Origin: a virus
Reading direction: 5' to 3' (one strand)
DNA length: 64,000 nt
Virus record (IMG/VR): IMGVR_UViG_3300050016_000047
Span: 32,443-96,442 of that record
Below the pieces are notes generated by a model, which saw only the letters and a program-made list of their open reading frames with translations, ran no database searches and had not been told where the DNA came from. The position numbers and the translations under genes were made by a program. Below, one piece after another: positions 8,885 through 18,152 of this stretch (the stretch's first letter is position 1; every line of letters starts with the position of its first letter).

Positions 8885-9606
8885 TGAAACCATTACTAAT
8901 TATTCTTATTAGTATCATTCTAAGTTCGCCAGTGTTTTCACAACACGTTATAATTGCAAGACGTAGAGCATCTGGCGGCGGAGGCGGTAACGACCCTCTT
9001 ACATACACATTCTCACAAAGTCAGAAAACTACGGGAACGGCTAGTGGCGCGACCGTAACTTTAACACTTAACCCAGCTTTGCACGATGTTGTAATAGCAC
9101 TTGGCGGTTGTGCGAACACTGGTACGCCGACCGTTGTGGATAATGCCGGGAACTCCTATAGCGTGAAAACAGCTTCTTTAGGTTCTGCCGTTGGCAGCCA
9201 GACATTTGTTTTTGCATCAGTTTTGCTTGATGCGCCGTCCAATGCAGATAAACAAATAATTTTGACCTGTCCCGGCGGCGGCTCAAATGCTACTGTATTT
9301 TCGGCTGTGGACGTAACACCAAATACGACAGGGGCTACTTACGATATTTCAAACTCCGGCGGAACAGCTAGTAGCGTAACGTCAGTTACCACGCCGTCTC
9401 TTTCAACGACTTATGCACAAGAGTTTTGTACGTTTTATGAACTTCCAGCCGGGAGTACATCCAGTATAAACTCGCCGTGGACAGGCATAGGAGCAGACGG
9501 AGATTTTGGTGAGGCTGCCTACAACTTAAGTAGTGCGAATCCATCAGTTCCAGCAGCAACTATTTCGAGCGGCAAATACGACTCGGTTCACCTATGCGTA
9601 TACTAA
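8884..9606 (+). CDS. secreted beta-sandwich protein
   Basis: Start at ATG 8884 (TAATG overlap); signal peptide MKPLLIILISIILSSPVFSQ. Confidence 0.6.
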   Translation: MKPLLIILISIILSSPVFSQHVIIARRRASGGGGGNDPLTYTFSQSQKTTGTASGATVTLTLNPALHDVVIALGGCANTGTPTVVDNAGNSYSVKTASLGSAVGSQTFVFASVLLDAPSNADKQIILTCPGGGSNATVFSAVDVTPNTTGATYDISNSGGTASSVTSVTTPSLSTTYAQEFCTFYELPAGSTSSINSPWTGIGADGDFGEAAYNLSSANPSVPAATISSGKYDSVHLCVY

Positions 9607-11525
9607 AAAACCTTTTAGTACTTGTAGCGTTCCTGTTCTTGGCACAATCGGCCAGTGCTGCTACCGTGTACGTCTCTCAGTCTGGCGGTTCGACAAGTTG
9701 CGGTGCAGACGGCACGCAAACTACAACCGCCCTCGCCTCCGTGACTTGGACGGCTGGCAATACATACAAACTTTGCGGCACCTTCACATTTAGCGGTGGG
9801 GTTACCGGAATTGAACCGACCGCCTCCGGTACGATGGGTAACGTTCTCACCATCTACGGCGAAAACAACACGGTCATCCAGTCTCCTTATTTTTCTCATG
9901 GTGGCGGCGGAATCAACATTGATGGACTCTCTTATATCCATATAACCAGTGGAACACCTTGTGGTCAAATTCACAACTCGGTTGAAGCGGTAACTGTTTG
10001 CGATCCTACTATTCAAGATACTGCTAATGGTGATTCATTAGCGAATCAGCAAGACACGACACTAATTCACGCGATTGGTTGTACGAACTGCGAAGTGGAT
10101 AACTGGAATCTACTAAACGCCTATGTAAGCGACCTCTCAGGAGCTATTAAAGATAACACGCAGGTTGTAGCATCTCAGTTTAGCGGGGACGGGAATAGTT
10201 TTCATAACAACAGAGTTATAAATGCGGGCGAAGGCGTAGATTTTGCCCACTACACGACCGCGAACACTTTCCATATCAACAACAACTACTTTCAGAAAAT
10301 CGGTTGGTCGCTGGGTTGTGCGGGTGATAGTTCCTTGGTACAGAAGGTGTGGTTTGACGATAACCACGTTACTGACCCCGGTGTTTGGGCGTTGAATGCC
10401 CACATTAACGGCATCCATTGTTTCAACGGTTCTGGCGGCGGTATTCTCACACTCTACGTCTACAACAATCTGATGGATGGCTCATGGAATACGGGCATCA
10501 CGTCCGGCGTTTTCTTAGAAGGAAATATTAGCAATTGGACGACGAGCACAGGCAAGCTAATCGCGTTCAATAACATCTTTCACACGACGGACAACACAAA
10601 TCCCGGAGACGGCTGGATAGGCGACTTTGCGGGCAACGGGCATTTGGTCTTTAACAACACTTTCCTCGGCGTGAATGGGACATCCTATCTATTCGGTGTT
10701 AGCACGAATGGCGTGCAGACCGCGACAGGGCTGACTTTTGAAAATAATATTCTTCAGGGTGGAGGTCAGGTAATCCGAGACATTGATACGCCCGCGACAT
10801 ATACTAAGATTGACTACAACTTCTATGCAAACTCCGCAACTGGTAACCCCATATGGGAGTTTACATCGGGTTGTCGCGTAAGCAGCTTGGCTGATTGGCA
10901 AGCTTGCTCTCCGTCTCCAGATGCTCACGCACAGGCACAACTTGGCTCCCCGTGGGCAAACCTAAACAACACTACTGGTGTTGTATCCACAGGGTTCGCC
11001 GGGAATACGGGAGGATTAAATCTTACGTCGTTGTGCAGCGGCGATCTAGTTCCTTTGTGTTCTGATATTATTGGGGTTTCCCGTCCGGGTGGTTCAACTG
11101 CTTGGACCGTTGGGGCATATCAGTTTTCTGCTGGTGGTAGCCCAACGGCGGATTTATCGCCAACTAGTATTAGTTTTGGTAACGTAACGACAGGTACAAC
11201 CACCGGGACCAGCACGGTGACGTTAACAAACAATGGCTCAGTAACACTAAATATATCTTCAATCGCTAAAGGTGGCTCTGACACAACAAAATTTAGTTTG
11301 ACTAACGGGTGTAGTACAACTCTTGCCGCGAGTGCTTCTTGCACCTTTACTGTCAGTTTCAGTCCAACCGCAGTTACTAGCTATAGTGCAAATATAACCG
11401 TTACAACAGATGCTAGTACAAGTCCCGATCTTGTGACGTTGACGGGTGCTGGTGTTGCAGCAACTCCGGGCGGAGCGGTTTCTGGTGGAAAATTCGTTTT
11501 AGGTGGCACAGCACTTAATCACTAA
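9594..11525 (+). CDS. parallel beta-helix (pectin-lyase-like) protein with C-terminal Ig-like (ASPM-SPD-2-Hydin-type) domain
   Basis: Signal peptide, VYVSQSGG start, Asn ladder repeats, LSPTSISFG..TVTLTNNG..FSPT C-terminus. Confidence 0.75.
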   Translation: MRILKNLLVLVAFLFLAQSASAATVYVSQSGGSTSCGADGTQTTTALASVTWTAGNTYKLCGTFTFSGGVTGIEPTASGTMGNVLTIYGENNTVIQSPYFSHGGGGINIDGLSYIHITSGTPCGQIHNSVEAVTVCDPTIQDTANGDSLANQQDTTLIHAIGCTNCEVDNWNLLNAYVSDLSGAIKDNTQVVASQFSGDGNSFHNNRVINAGEGVDFAHYTTANTFHINNNYFQKIGWSLGCAGDSSLVQKVWFDDNHVTDPGVWALNAHINGIHCFNGSGGGILTLYVYNNLMDGSWNTGITSGVFLEGNISNWTTSTGKLIAFNNIFHTTDNTNPGDGWIGDFAGNGHLVFNNTFLGVNGTSYLFGVSTNGVQTATGLTFENNILQGGGQVIRDIDTPATYTKIDYNFYANSATGNPIWEFTSGCRVSSLADWQACSPSPDAHAQAQLGSPWANLNNTTGVVSTGFAGNTGGLNLTSLCSGDLVPLCSDIIGVSRPGGSTAWTVGAYQFSAGGSPTADLSPTSISFGNVTTGTTTGTSTVTLTNNGSVTLNISSIAKGGSDTTKFSLTNGCSTTLAASASCTFTVSFSPTAVTSYSANITVTTDASTSPDLVTLTGAGVAATPGGAVSGGKFVLGGTALNH

Positions 11526-11536
11526 TAGAGGAATAT

Positions 11537-11824
11537 ATGACTGACTCACACGACGCAAAAGCAGTTCTAGGAACTAAACCAAAACACTCCAGTAAGTCCA
11601 AGGGTAAAAAAGTTCACGAAATGCATATCCGCAAAGCGGACAGCGGCGGGTATATTGCTAAGCACGATATGGAACAACCCGAAGACCCTTCGCAAGAAGG
11701 TAATCCTAGCGAAGAACACGTACTACCCGACGTTCAAAGCCTTGCTCAGCATGTCCAAGACCACATGTCCCCGGAGCCTCCTGAAGCCGCACCATCGCCA
11801 GAAGACGCCGGAGCGGGAGCTTAA
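11537..11824 (+). CDS. hypothetical protein
   Basis: GAGG RBS; 95 aa. Confidence 0.6.
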   Translation: MTDSHDAKAVLGTKPKHSSKSKGKKVHEMHIRKADSGGYIAKHDMEQPEDPSQEGNPSEEHVLPDVQSLAQHVQDHMSPEPPEAAPSPEDAGAGA

Positions 11825-11876
11825 CTTGTTAAAAGGTATGAAACAATGTGTGTATTCTTCAGATGGACGAGAATGA

Positions 11877-12068
11877 GTGGGTGTTAATATGAGCGCAAGT
11901 CACATGTTAGGAAAAGGTAAAAAAGTTCATCCGGGTTTTCGCTCCGTTCAAGGTCGGCTAGCAAAGAAGTATGGTAAGAAAGCCGCCGGAGCCATCCTTG
12001 CGGCTAGCACTCGCAAGGCGTCCAAGTCCGCTAAGAGAAACAATCCACGACTGAAAAGAGTTAAATAA
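11877..12068 (+). CDS. small basic protein
   Basis: Lys/Arg-rich ORF upstream of terminase. Confidence 0.6.
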   Translation: MGVNMSASHMLGKGKKVHPGFRSVQGRLAKKYGKKAAGAILAASTRKASKSAKRNNPRLKRVK

Positions 12069-12225
12069 ATGGAATGCCAACATCTAGATTTAAAGAAAAC
12101 AACCGATAAAGCGGATGACGGCTCTCCAATATATTATTGTGCGGCAAAGTGTGGAGCAGGTCTTTTCGTTGTGACTCCGTTGAAGATTGTAGTTAGTTAT
12201 GGACGGGTTAACGAAAAACCAGTAG

Positions 12226-14064
12226 ATGCTTAATCCTCTAATAAACCTACCCGATGAAGACCTTTATAATCGGATGTGTGAGTTAAGAGAACTTCAAAAG
12301 CATAAACCCTCGTCTCTAGATGACATAGAACAATCTGACTTGGGTATAGAAGTTCGCAGACGAGCTAAAGCCGATCTTTACTTCTTCTTTAAGTATTTCA
12401 TAGGATTCGAAGAGAAGAAAAATGATCTAGTAGTAGACCGTGTACATCGCCCAGTATGTGATTTGTTCGTTAAAAAGGACGACTCCAAACCAATCGGCGA
12501 GCAAGATTGGCGTAAAGACCGTTTGCTTCTTTATCCTCGCGGTAGTTTTAAAAGTATTATAGACGTAGCCGACGCCGCTCAATGGATACTTAACTTTCCT
12601 AACATAACGATTTTATTTATGACGGCTTCCAAGCCTCTTGCTGTAGGGTTCTTGGACGGTCTTAAAACACACTTTGTCATAAAACAAAACAATCCCAGTT
12701 TTATGAATCTTTTTTTCTCTAAGTTTTGCGTTGACGAGAATAAACTAGACAACGCCTATCAGTTCTATTCCCCACAAAGAACGTTCGACCGCAAAGAACC
12801 AACAGTCATGGCGTCTAGTATAGAGTCTACGTTGTCAGGGTTCCACTTTGAAGTAATGAAGGTGGACGACGTAGTTTCAAACATAAACTCAGAAAACGAA
12901 CTACAGCTTAGAAAAACTATAAAACAGTTCCACTTAAACCGTAAGATGCTTATGTTGTTCGGGTATCTGGATATAATCGGTACTCGTTACGACGACATGG
13001 ACTTATACGGAGAAGCAATAGAGAAGAACGTAGGCAACGTAGTATCTACTAAGCTCAGTCCTTGCCAAGAAATAATAGATAATCAAGACAACGGTTTTAG
13101 AATCCTAATAGGTAAAGGTGTAGTCCTTAAACCGGGATTCGAAGAGAAGACCTATGTAGAAGCTGGAGAAGAAGGCTGCGACCTTTTATTTCCAGAATAC
13201 TTAAGTTATCCGCGTCTTATGAAAGAGTGGCGGATAGATGAAGTGTCTTTTGAAGGCCAGATTAATAATACACCGCGTCAAAAGACTTTCACTACTTTTG
13301 ACCGTCCGCTTTTACTACGCCATACGGTACCTTTCACCGCTCTTCCGTTAAGTGGTCCTATTTCTATAACATGGGATTTCGCGTTTAGCAAACAAAAAGG
13401 AAGAGATTATAGTACAGCTTGTGTAGCCATATACAACGATAAAGGTCAGATGTTTATTATAGACCTTATCAGAGACAGATTTAAAGCTAACGACTTGGCA
13501 GAAGCCGTTGTAAAACTAGCCGAGAAATGGCGACCACAAGTAGTAGGTATTGAGGATTGTTCCGGTTCTAGGTTCTTAGAACCCGCGATTATTGACCACG
13601 CAAGAAAGAACGGCTCCCCCGATGTAATGGCGGTATGCGCCGGGATTGACTGGTTTGCTCCAGATGGGCAAAAAGACGCTAAAAGAATACGTATGTCAGC
13701 TTTGCATCCTTGGCTTGTTAACGATCGTTTATTTTTTGTTTCTCATTTACCGTATCTGGAAGTCTTGTACAAAGAGTTCGAGTTGTGCTTAAGCAACCAT
13801 CATCACGACGATATTCCAGATGTAATTTCTCAGCAACCCCGATACGCTCCACGTCTTCAACAAATGATTGAAAAGAATGAAATCCCAACTCTAAGTCGTG
13901 AAGACGCAGCCTATAACATTTTATTTGAAAGCGCGGATTGTTTTGGAAGAATAGGCATGGGTTGGATTCATCAACCGCTAACACCCCCGATGGAAGACGA
14001 CGTGGCTACAGAAAGTCAAATGCCCGGTTTAGAAAACATACTTGGTGCTGGTTTAATAGGATAG
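12226..14064 (+). CDS. terL: terminase large subunit
   Basis: LLLYPRGSFKS Walker A, KVDD Walker B, IGTRY coupling motif, ITWDFAFS...HDDIPD nuclease domain. Confidence 0.92.
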   Translation: MLNPLINLPDEDLYNRMCELRELQKHKPSSLDDIEQSDLGIEVRRRAKADLYFFFKYFIGFEEKKNDLVVDRVHRPVCDLFVKKDDSKPIGEQDWRKDRLLLYPRGSFKSIIDVADAAQWILNFPNITILFMTASKPLAVGFLDGLKTHFVIKQNNPSFMNLFFSKFCVDENKLDNAYQFYSPQRTFDRKEPTVMASSIESTLSGFHFEVMKVDDVVSNINSENELQLRKTIKQFHLNRKMLMLFGYLDIIGTRYDDMDLYGEAIEKNVGNVVSTKLSPCQEIIDNQDNGFRILIGKGVVLKPGFEEKTYVEAGEEGCDLLFPEYLSYPRLMKEWRIDEVSFEGQINNTPRQKTFTTFDRPLLLRHTVPFTALPLSGPISITWDFAFSKQKGRDYSTACVAIYNDKGQMFIIDLIRDRFKANDLAEAVVKLAEKWRPQVVGIEDCSGSRFLEPAIIDHARKNGSPDVMAVCAGIDWFAPDGQKDAKRIRMSALHPWLVNDRLFFVSHLPYLEVLYKEFELCLSNHHHDDIPDVISQQPRYAPRLQQMIEKNEIPTLSREDAAYNILFESADCFGRIGMGWIHQPLTPPMEDDVATESQMPGLENILGAGLIG

Positions 14065-14065
14065 T

Positions 14066-14209
14066 ATGATAACGGTCTATTTGATTGTAAACACCGCCAA
14101 CGATAAAGTGTATGTGGGGCAGACTTCTCAAAATTTGCATCGAAGATGGCTGGCGCACTGTCATCGTTCTGTTTGTTCCAAGCGAACGATACTACCACAG
14201 AGGTTCTAA
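14066..14209 (+). pseudogene. GIY-YIG homing endonuclease remnant
   Basis: MITVYLIVNTANDKVYVGQTSQNLHRRWLAH...; 47 aa; not in the ORF track. Confidence 0.75.
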
Positions 14210-14215
14210 AAAATA

Positions 14216-16333
14216 ATGGCTCTGCTAGAACAACCAATAAAATCTCCACAAACCGACGGCGTGGACCCTGTCGCGGCCCGACGTGTTCTGACAACCGGAG
14301 AATGGGATGATGCCAGCGCTTTAAAAATCGTAGTTCAGGATGCACAAAGAGCAGAGAATTTTGAACTAACAAAGCAATGGGTTATGGCTTGGCCGCAGGC
14401 AGCAGTATTGTATCAGTCTCCATACATGTCTAAGTATTGGGAAGGAACACAGACTGAACAGGCCAACGTGCCGTTCTTCACTGTGGCGACTTCGGTAAAC
14501 TCTCTAGTCCCTCAGATTATGAATGGTTTGTTCTATGACGATCCGCCATTTATGATTCAGAAGCGTCCCGGGACTTCTGACTTGGCCGCAAAAGCTGTTG
14601 AAGAAATCCTAGCCTATCAGATTGGCGATATTGATTTTAAACGAGAACTAAGACTCGGTGCGATTAATGCGGTGTTATTCGGTACTGGTATATGGAAATG
14701 GGGATGGGAAACTTCTACTAGAGAACGCAAAACCTATCGTAGAAAAACAATGACGCCGACCGTAAAAGTCGGGGTTCTACCAGACGTTCAAATACAAGAC
14801 AACGACGAAGAAATAGAAGAAGTCTTAACCGAAGAATATATAGACCGACCTACTTTTGAACACATTGTTAATCTACGGCACCTACTAGTTGACCCCGGAC
14901 TTAACGTTCCCGACATTCGTAAAGCTGGATATGTAGTTCATCGTATGTATTTAACTTGGGATGGTCTGGATAAACTTCGTGACCGTCCCGGTTTTACGAT
15001 ACCTTCTAGGGAAGAACTACTTGAGCTTTTCTTACCACCAGTAGAAATGGCCGAACGCGCGACTGCCGAAGTTACGGTACGGAATCCTCTTTGGGATGCT
15101 CGTGCAGAACCGCGCTACGAGAGTACTACGATTGACCCTTTTGCTCAGCCACTAGAAGTCCTAGAGCGTTGGGATAACAATAAATACATTGTCGTTCTAC
15201 AGAAGAAACTCGTTATATGTAATGACAACAATCCTTATGGAGTTATTCCTTTCTTGTCCGTCGGATGGTGGGATGTTCCTGAGAGTTTCTGGTCTTTGGG
15301 ACTAGCTAAAACTATTGGTTCAGAACAACGCATCCAGCAAGGTGTTACTAACGCTTGGCTGAACAACCTATCTCTAAATCTAAACGGCGTGTACACGCGC
15401 GTGCGAGGTAAGAATGCTCCAACGCAAAGTATCCGAATTGCCCCCGGACGTATTATTGATATTGAGGAGCAGGGAGATTTTACCCCTCTCAAACGGCTTG
15501 ACAGCATTCCCGAAGTAGGTGCTGCAATTCAAATGTCTCAAGCTCGCGCAGAAAGCATATCAGGAGCTAACGAGCTTATTACACAAGGAAGCCTGAGTGG
15601 TGGTGGAAGAAGTTCCATAACTCGAACTGCTTCCGGTGCGAACCTGATGGCTAGCGGTACTGGTTCCAGAATCCAAGACTTCGTTGAGAAAATCGCAGAC
15701 CAAGTTATAATTCCATTCTTGTACGCGGCCACAGATATGAATAGCGCGTTGATGCCGCTGTCCACTCTTAAGTATCTTCTTGACCAAGAACTTCAGTCTG
15801 CTTATAAAGGCGACTTACTAGACATACTTAATGCTAGAGTTAAGTTTAATATTTCTGCGGCTGCCAGACTACAGTCTCGTAGAAACATGGCTCAAGCTCT
15901 GCCAATTCTTATCCAGTACATTACAAGTCCTGCGATTATTCAGAGTCTTGGTACTGAAGGTAAGAAAATCAAGAACGATGAAATCCTTCGTATGCTTTGG
16001 GAAGTTTCGGATTGGAAGAACTTCCGAGATGTAATTGTAGACATGACTCCAGAAGACCAACAGAGATTTATGTCTCAGACTCCGGGTGCGATAGCTGCGA
16101 TGCAAAATCAAGGTAAGCAGAAACTAGAAGACCAGAAGTTTAAGAACAAGCGAGTTCTTAACGAAGACAACAACGTAGCTAGAGCCGGGAACACTTTCTT
16201 GAAACAAGCTGGCGAAAGCAATCTTGAAAGAGCACAAAACGAAGTAGCTAGACAAACTATAGAAAGATCGGCCACTAACTTTGAAACGGAAGGACAGCCC
16301 GGAAATCAAGGTTTCGGCGACGTACAACCTTAA
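14216..16333 (+). CDS. portal protein
   Basis: 705 aa directly after terL; FGTGIWKWGW and NPYGVIPF patterns; Gln-rich tail. Confidence 0.85.
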   Translation: MALLEQPIKSPQTDGVDPVAARRVLTTGEWDDASALKIVVQDAQRAENFELTKQWVMAWPQAAVLYQSPYMSKYWEGTQTEQANVPFFTVATSVNSLVPQIMNGLFYDDPPFMIQKRPGTSDLAAKAVEEILAYQIGDIDFKRELRLGAINAVLFGTGIWKWGWETSTRERKTYRRKTMTPTVKVGVLPDVQIQDNDEEIEEVLTEEYIDRPTFEHIVNLRHLLVDPGLNVPDIRKAGYVVHRMYLTWDGLDKLRDRPGFTIPSREELLELFLPPVEMAERATAEVTVRNPLWDARAEPRYESTTIDPFAQPLEVLERWDNNKYIVVLQKKLVICNDNNPYGVIPFLSVGWWDVPESFWSLGLAKTIGSEQRIQQGVTNAWLNNLSLNLNGVYTRVRGKNAPTQSIRIAPGRIIDIEEQGDFTPLKRLDSIPEVGAAIQMSQARAESISGANELITQGSLSGGGRSSITRTASGANLMASGTGSRIQDFVEKIADQVIIPFLYAATDMNSALMPLSTLKYLLDQELQSAYKGDLLDILNARVKFNISAAARLQSRRNMAQALPILIQYITSPAIIQSLGTEGKKIKNDEILRMLWEVSDWKNFRDVIVDMTPEDQQRFMSQTPGAIAAMQNQGKQKLEDQKFKNKRVLNEDNNVARAGNTFLKQAGESNLERAQNEVARQTIERSATNFETEGQPGNQGFGDVQP

Positions 16334-16544
16334 TGACTCCTCTTACAGCAAGCCATTTTGAAGCTGGCGTGGAAGCTATGCGACTCGTAGCCGTAGACAG
16401 AGTAAACGAGTGGCATAAGGCAAAGTGGAATGACCAAGAAAGTTTATCCATAGCAGAAGTTCATCAACTATTAAACTGTGTTTCTGCCGACATTCAAATC
16501 GCTGCGGTTCAGGGCGAGCAATAAACTAAGCGCGAAAGGCTTAC

Positions 16545-16922
16545 ATGGCTAACATGAGTTCGGAAGATTTCATTAGTAGAATAGAAAGCATACGTCAGGC
16601 TCCGCTTGACAGTAACGAAGTTTTAGAAATACAGATGTGGCAGGACGGAAAAGCGTTGTCACAATTAGTAGCTTTTCCGGGATGGGAAGTTATCATATCA
16701 ATGCTGCAAGGATATGCAGAAGCAGAAGTACAGCGTTGTATGAAAACCGATCCTAAAAATAAAGAAGAAGTCGCCGCGTCTCATGCAGTTGCGTTTGCTT
16801 TAAACGGAGTTTTTCTTAGATTCTTAGAAGACGTAAACAATAGAATCGAAGCTTCTAAAACAACTCCGGATGTTATTAAACAGCAGATTAGAAAACCAGC
16901 AGATGTACCGTTCGAACAGTAA
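16545..16922 (+). CDS. hypothetical protein between portal and scaffold
   Basis: 125 aa; positional. Confidence 0.55.
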   Translation: MANMSSEDFISRIESIRQAPLDSNEVLEIQMWQDGKALSQLVAFPGWEVIISMLQGYAEAEVQRCMKTDPKNKEEVAASHAVAFALNGVFLRFLEDVNNRIEASKTTPDVIKQQIRKPADVPFEQ

Positions 16923-16958
16923 AGTAAACCGTGCTCCCGGATTGGAGCAGGAGAATGT

Positions 16959-18122
16959 ATGACTGAACAGATACCAGTACCAGTAGACCCTTGGATTGAT
17001 GATGATTTTGCACCGCTAGACACTCGAAAAGATAAGTCAGACCTTATGCACGCTTTGGTAGACTTGGCAGACGAAGAACCAGAGTTTGCCCCTACCGCAG
17101 AAGAAGTGGTAGCAGCGGATGGTCCGAAGATTGTAGTTCCACCCGCTCCGGAAATTTTGGTAACCGATAAACCAGAAGTTATTGATTATCCGGATGGTTC
17201 CAGAGTTACAATAGAGAAAACGCCAAAAGGTCTTAAAGCTACACTAGACCCCGGCAACGGCAAGAGTCTAGAAGTTTTTTACGGCAAGACCGAGAGCGAA
17301 CTTCTACGCCAGCTTCTTCCGGCTAAGTTAAACGCGACTAAGATTATAAACAAGCAGAACAAAGAACTAAAGACTGTCCGTATTGCGGACGAGTCGCGAG
17401 CGGTTCCAGCACCGCCGGTTAGTAAAGCTCTTACTGCCGATGAAGTGTTCGAAATTAAAACACAACTGGCAAGCAACCCCGACTTAGCTATGGAGACTTG
17501 GTTCCAAAAGAAAACAGGTCTATCGCTGGCGCAGCTTTCAAGTTTCGTTCAGAACGGCCAAAACGCCGCGAACAAACTAAATGCTGAAACAGAAGCTAAA
17601 GAATTTTTGCTTGATAACCCAACTTATTACAAAACAGACAATAACTTTTATGAGTTGGTTGGATACATCGCCAGAGTTAAGGGCGATAAAGATGCCAAGG
17701 CTTTACTAGTAGATGAAAAGCTAGAAGCTCTTATGGAACATCTTTCCAAGATTGGTGTATTCACCAAAGAGAATTTGTCGGAAGCTTTTGATGAATTATC
17801 AGAAGCGGGAGAACTAGAAACTGCTCCCAGACGACAACGTAGGGAAGTTCCAGCCCCTACAGAAGAAATTGTGGAGCCTCCGGCGATTCCGGCGGCACCC
17901 GCAACGGTACAAGAAGTGCCTGCGACAGATGAACGGATTGTTCGAACTGTTCGTAGATCGAGAGCGGCTTTTGGACTTCGAGGAACGGATACTACGGTAC
18001 CCGCAATCGAACCATCCAGCAAAGCGCCCTCAGACGAAGAGCTTGATAGTTTGAGTGACGCAGAAATTTCTGATTTGATGAATCAGACTAAACGACTGCG
18101 TGCTCAATCCGCTCGGCGCTAG
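16959..18122 (+). CDS. capsid scaffolding-like protein
   Basis: Acidic, Pro-rich and helical; immediately upstream of the capsid gene. Confidence 0.6.
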   Translation: MTEQIPVPVDPWIDDDFAPLDTRKDKSDLMHALVDLADEEPEFAPTAEEVVAADGPKIVVPPAPEILVTDKPEVIDYPDGSRVTIEKTPKGLKATLDPGNGKSLEVFYGKTESELLRQLLPAKLNATKIINKQNKELKTVRIADESRAVPAPPVSKALTADEVFEIKTQLASNPDLAMETWFQKKTGLSLAQLSSFVQNGQNAANKLNAETEAKEFLLDNPTYYKTDNNFYELVGYIARVKGDKDAKALLVDEKLEALMEHLSKIGVFTKENLSEAFDELSEAGELETAPRRQRREVPAPTEEIVEPPAIPAAPATVQEVPATDERIVRTVRRSRAAFGLRGTDTTVPAIEPSSKAPSDEELDSLSDAEISDLMNQTKRLRAQSARR

Positions 18123-18152
18123 ATATAATCTAAACGAACCGAGAATAACCAA

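Noticed and set aside
12226-16333. Introns or inteins in terminase and portal (also RecA and primase-helicase)
   Set aside because: These are continuous ORFs of ordinary length with no splice-core strings or intein termini seen.
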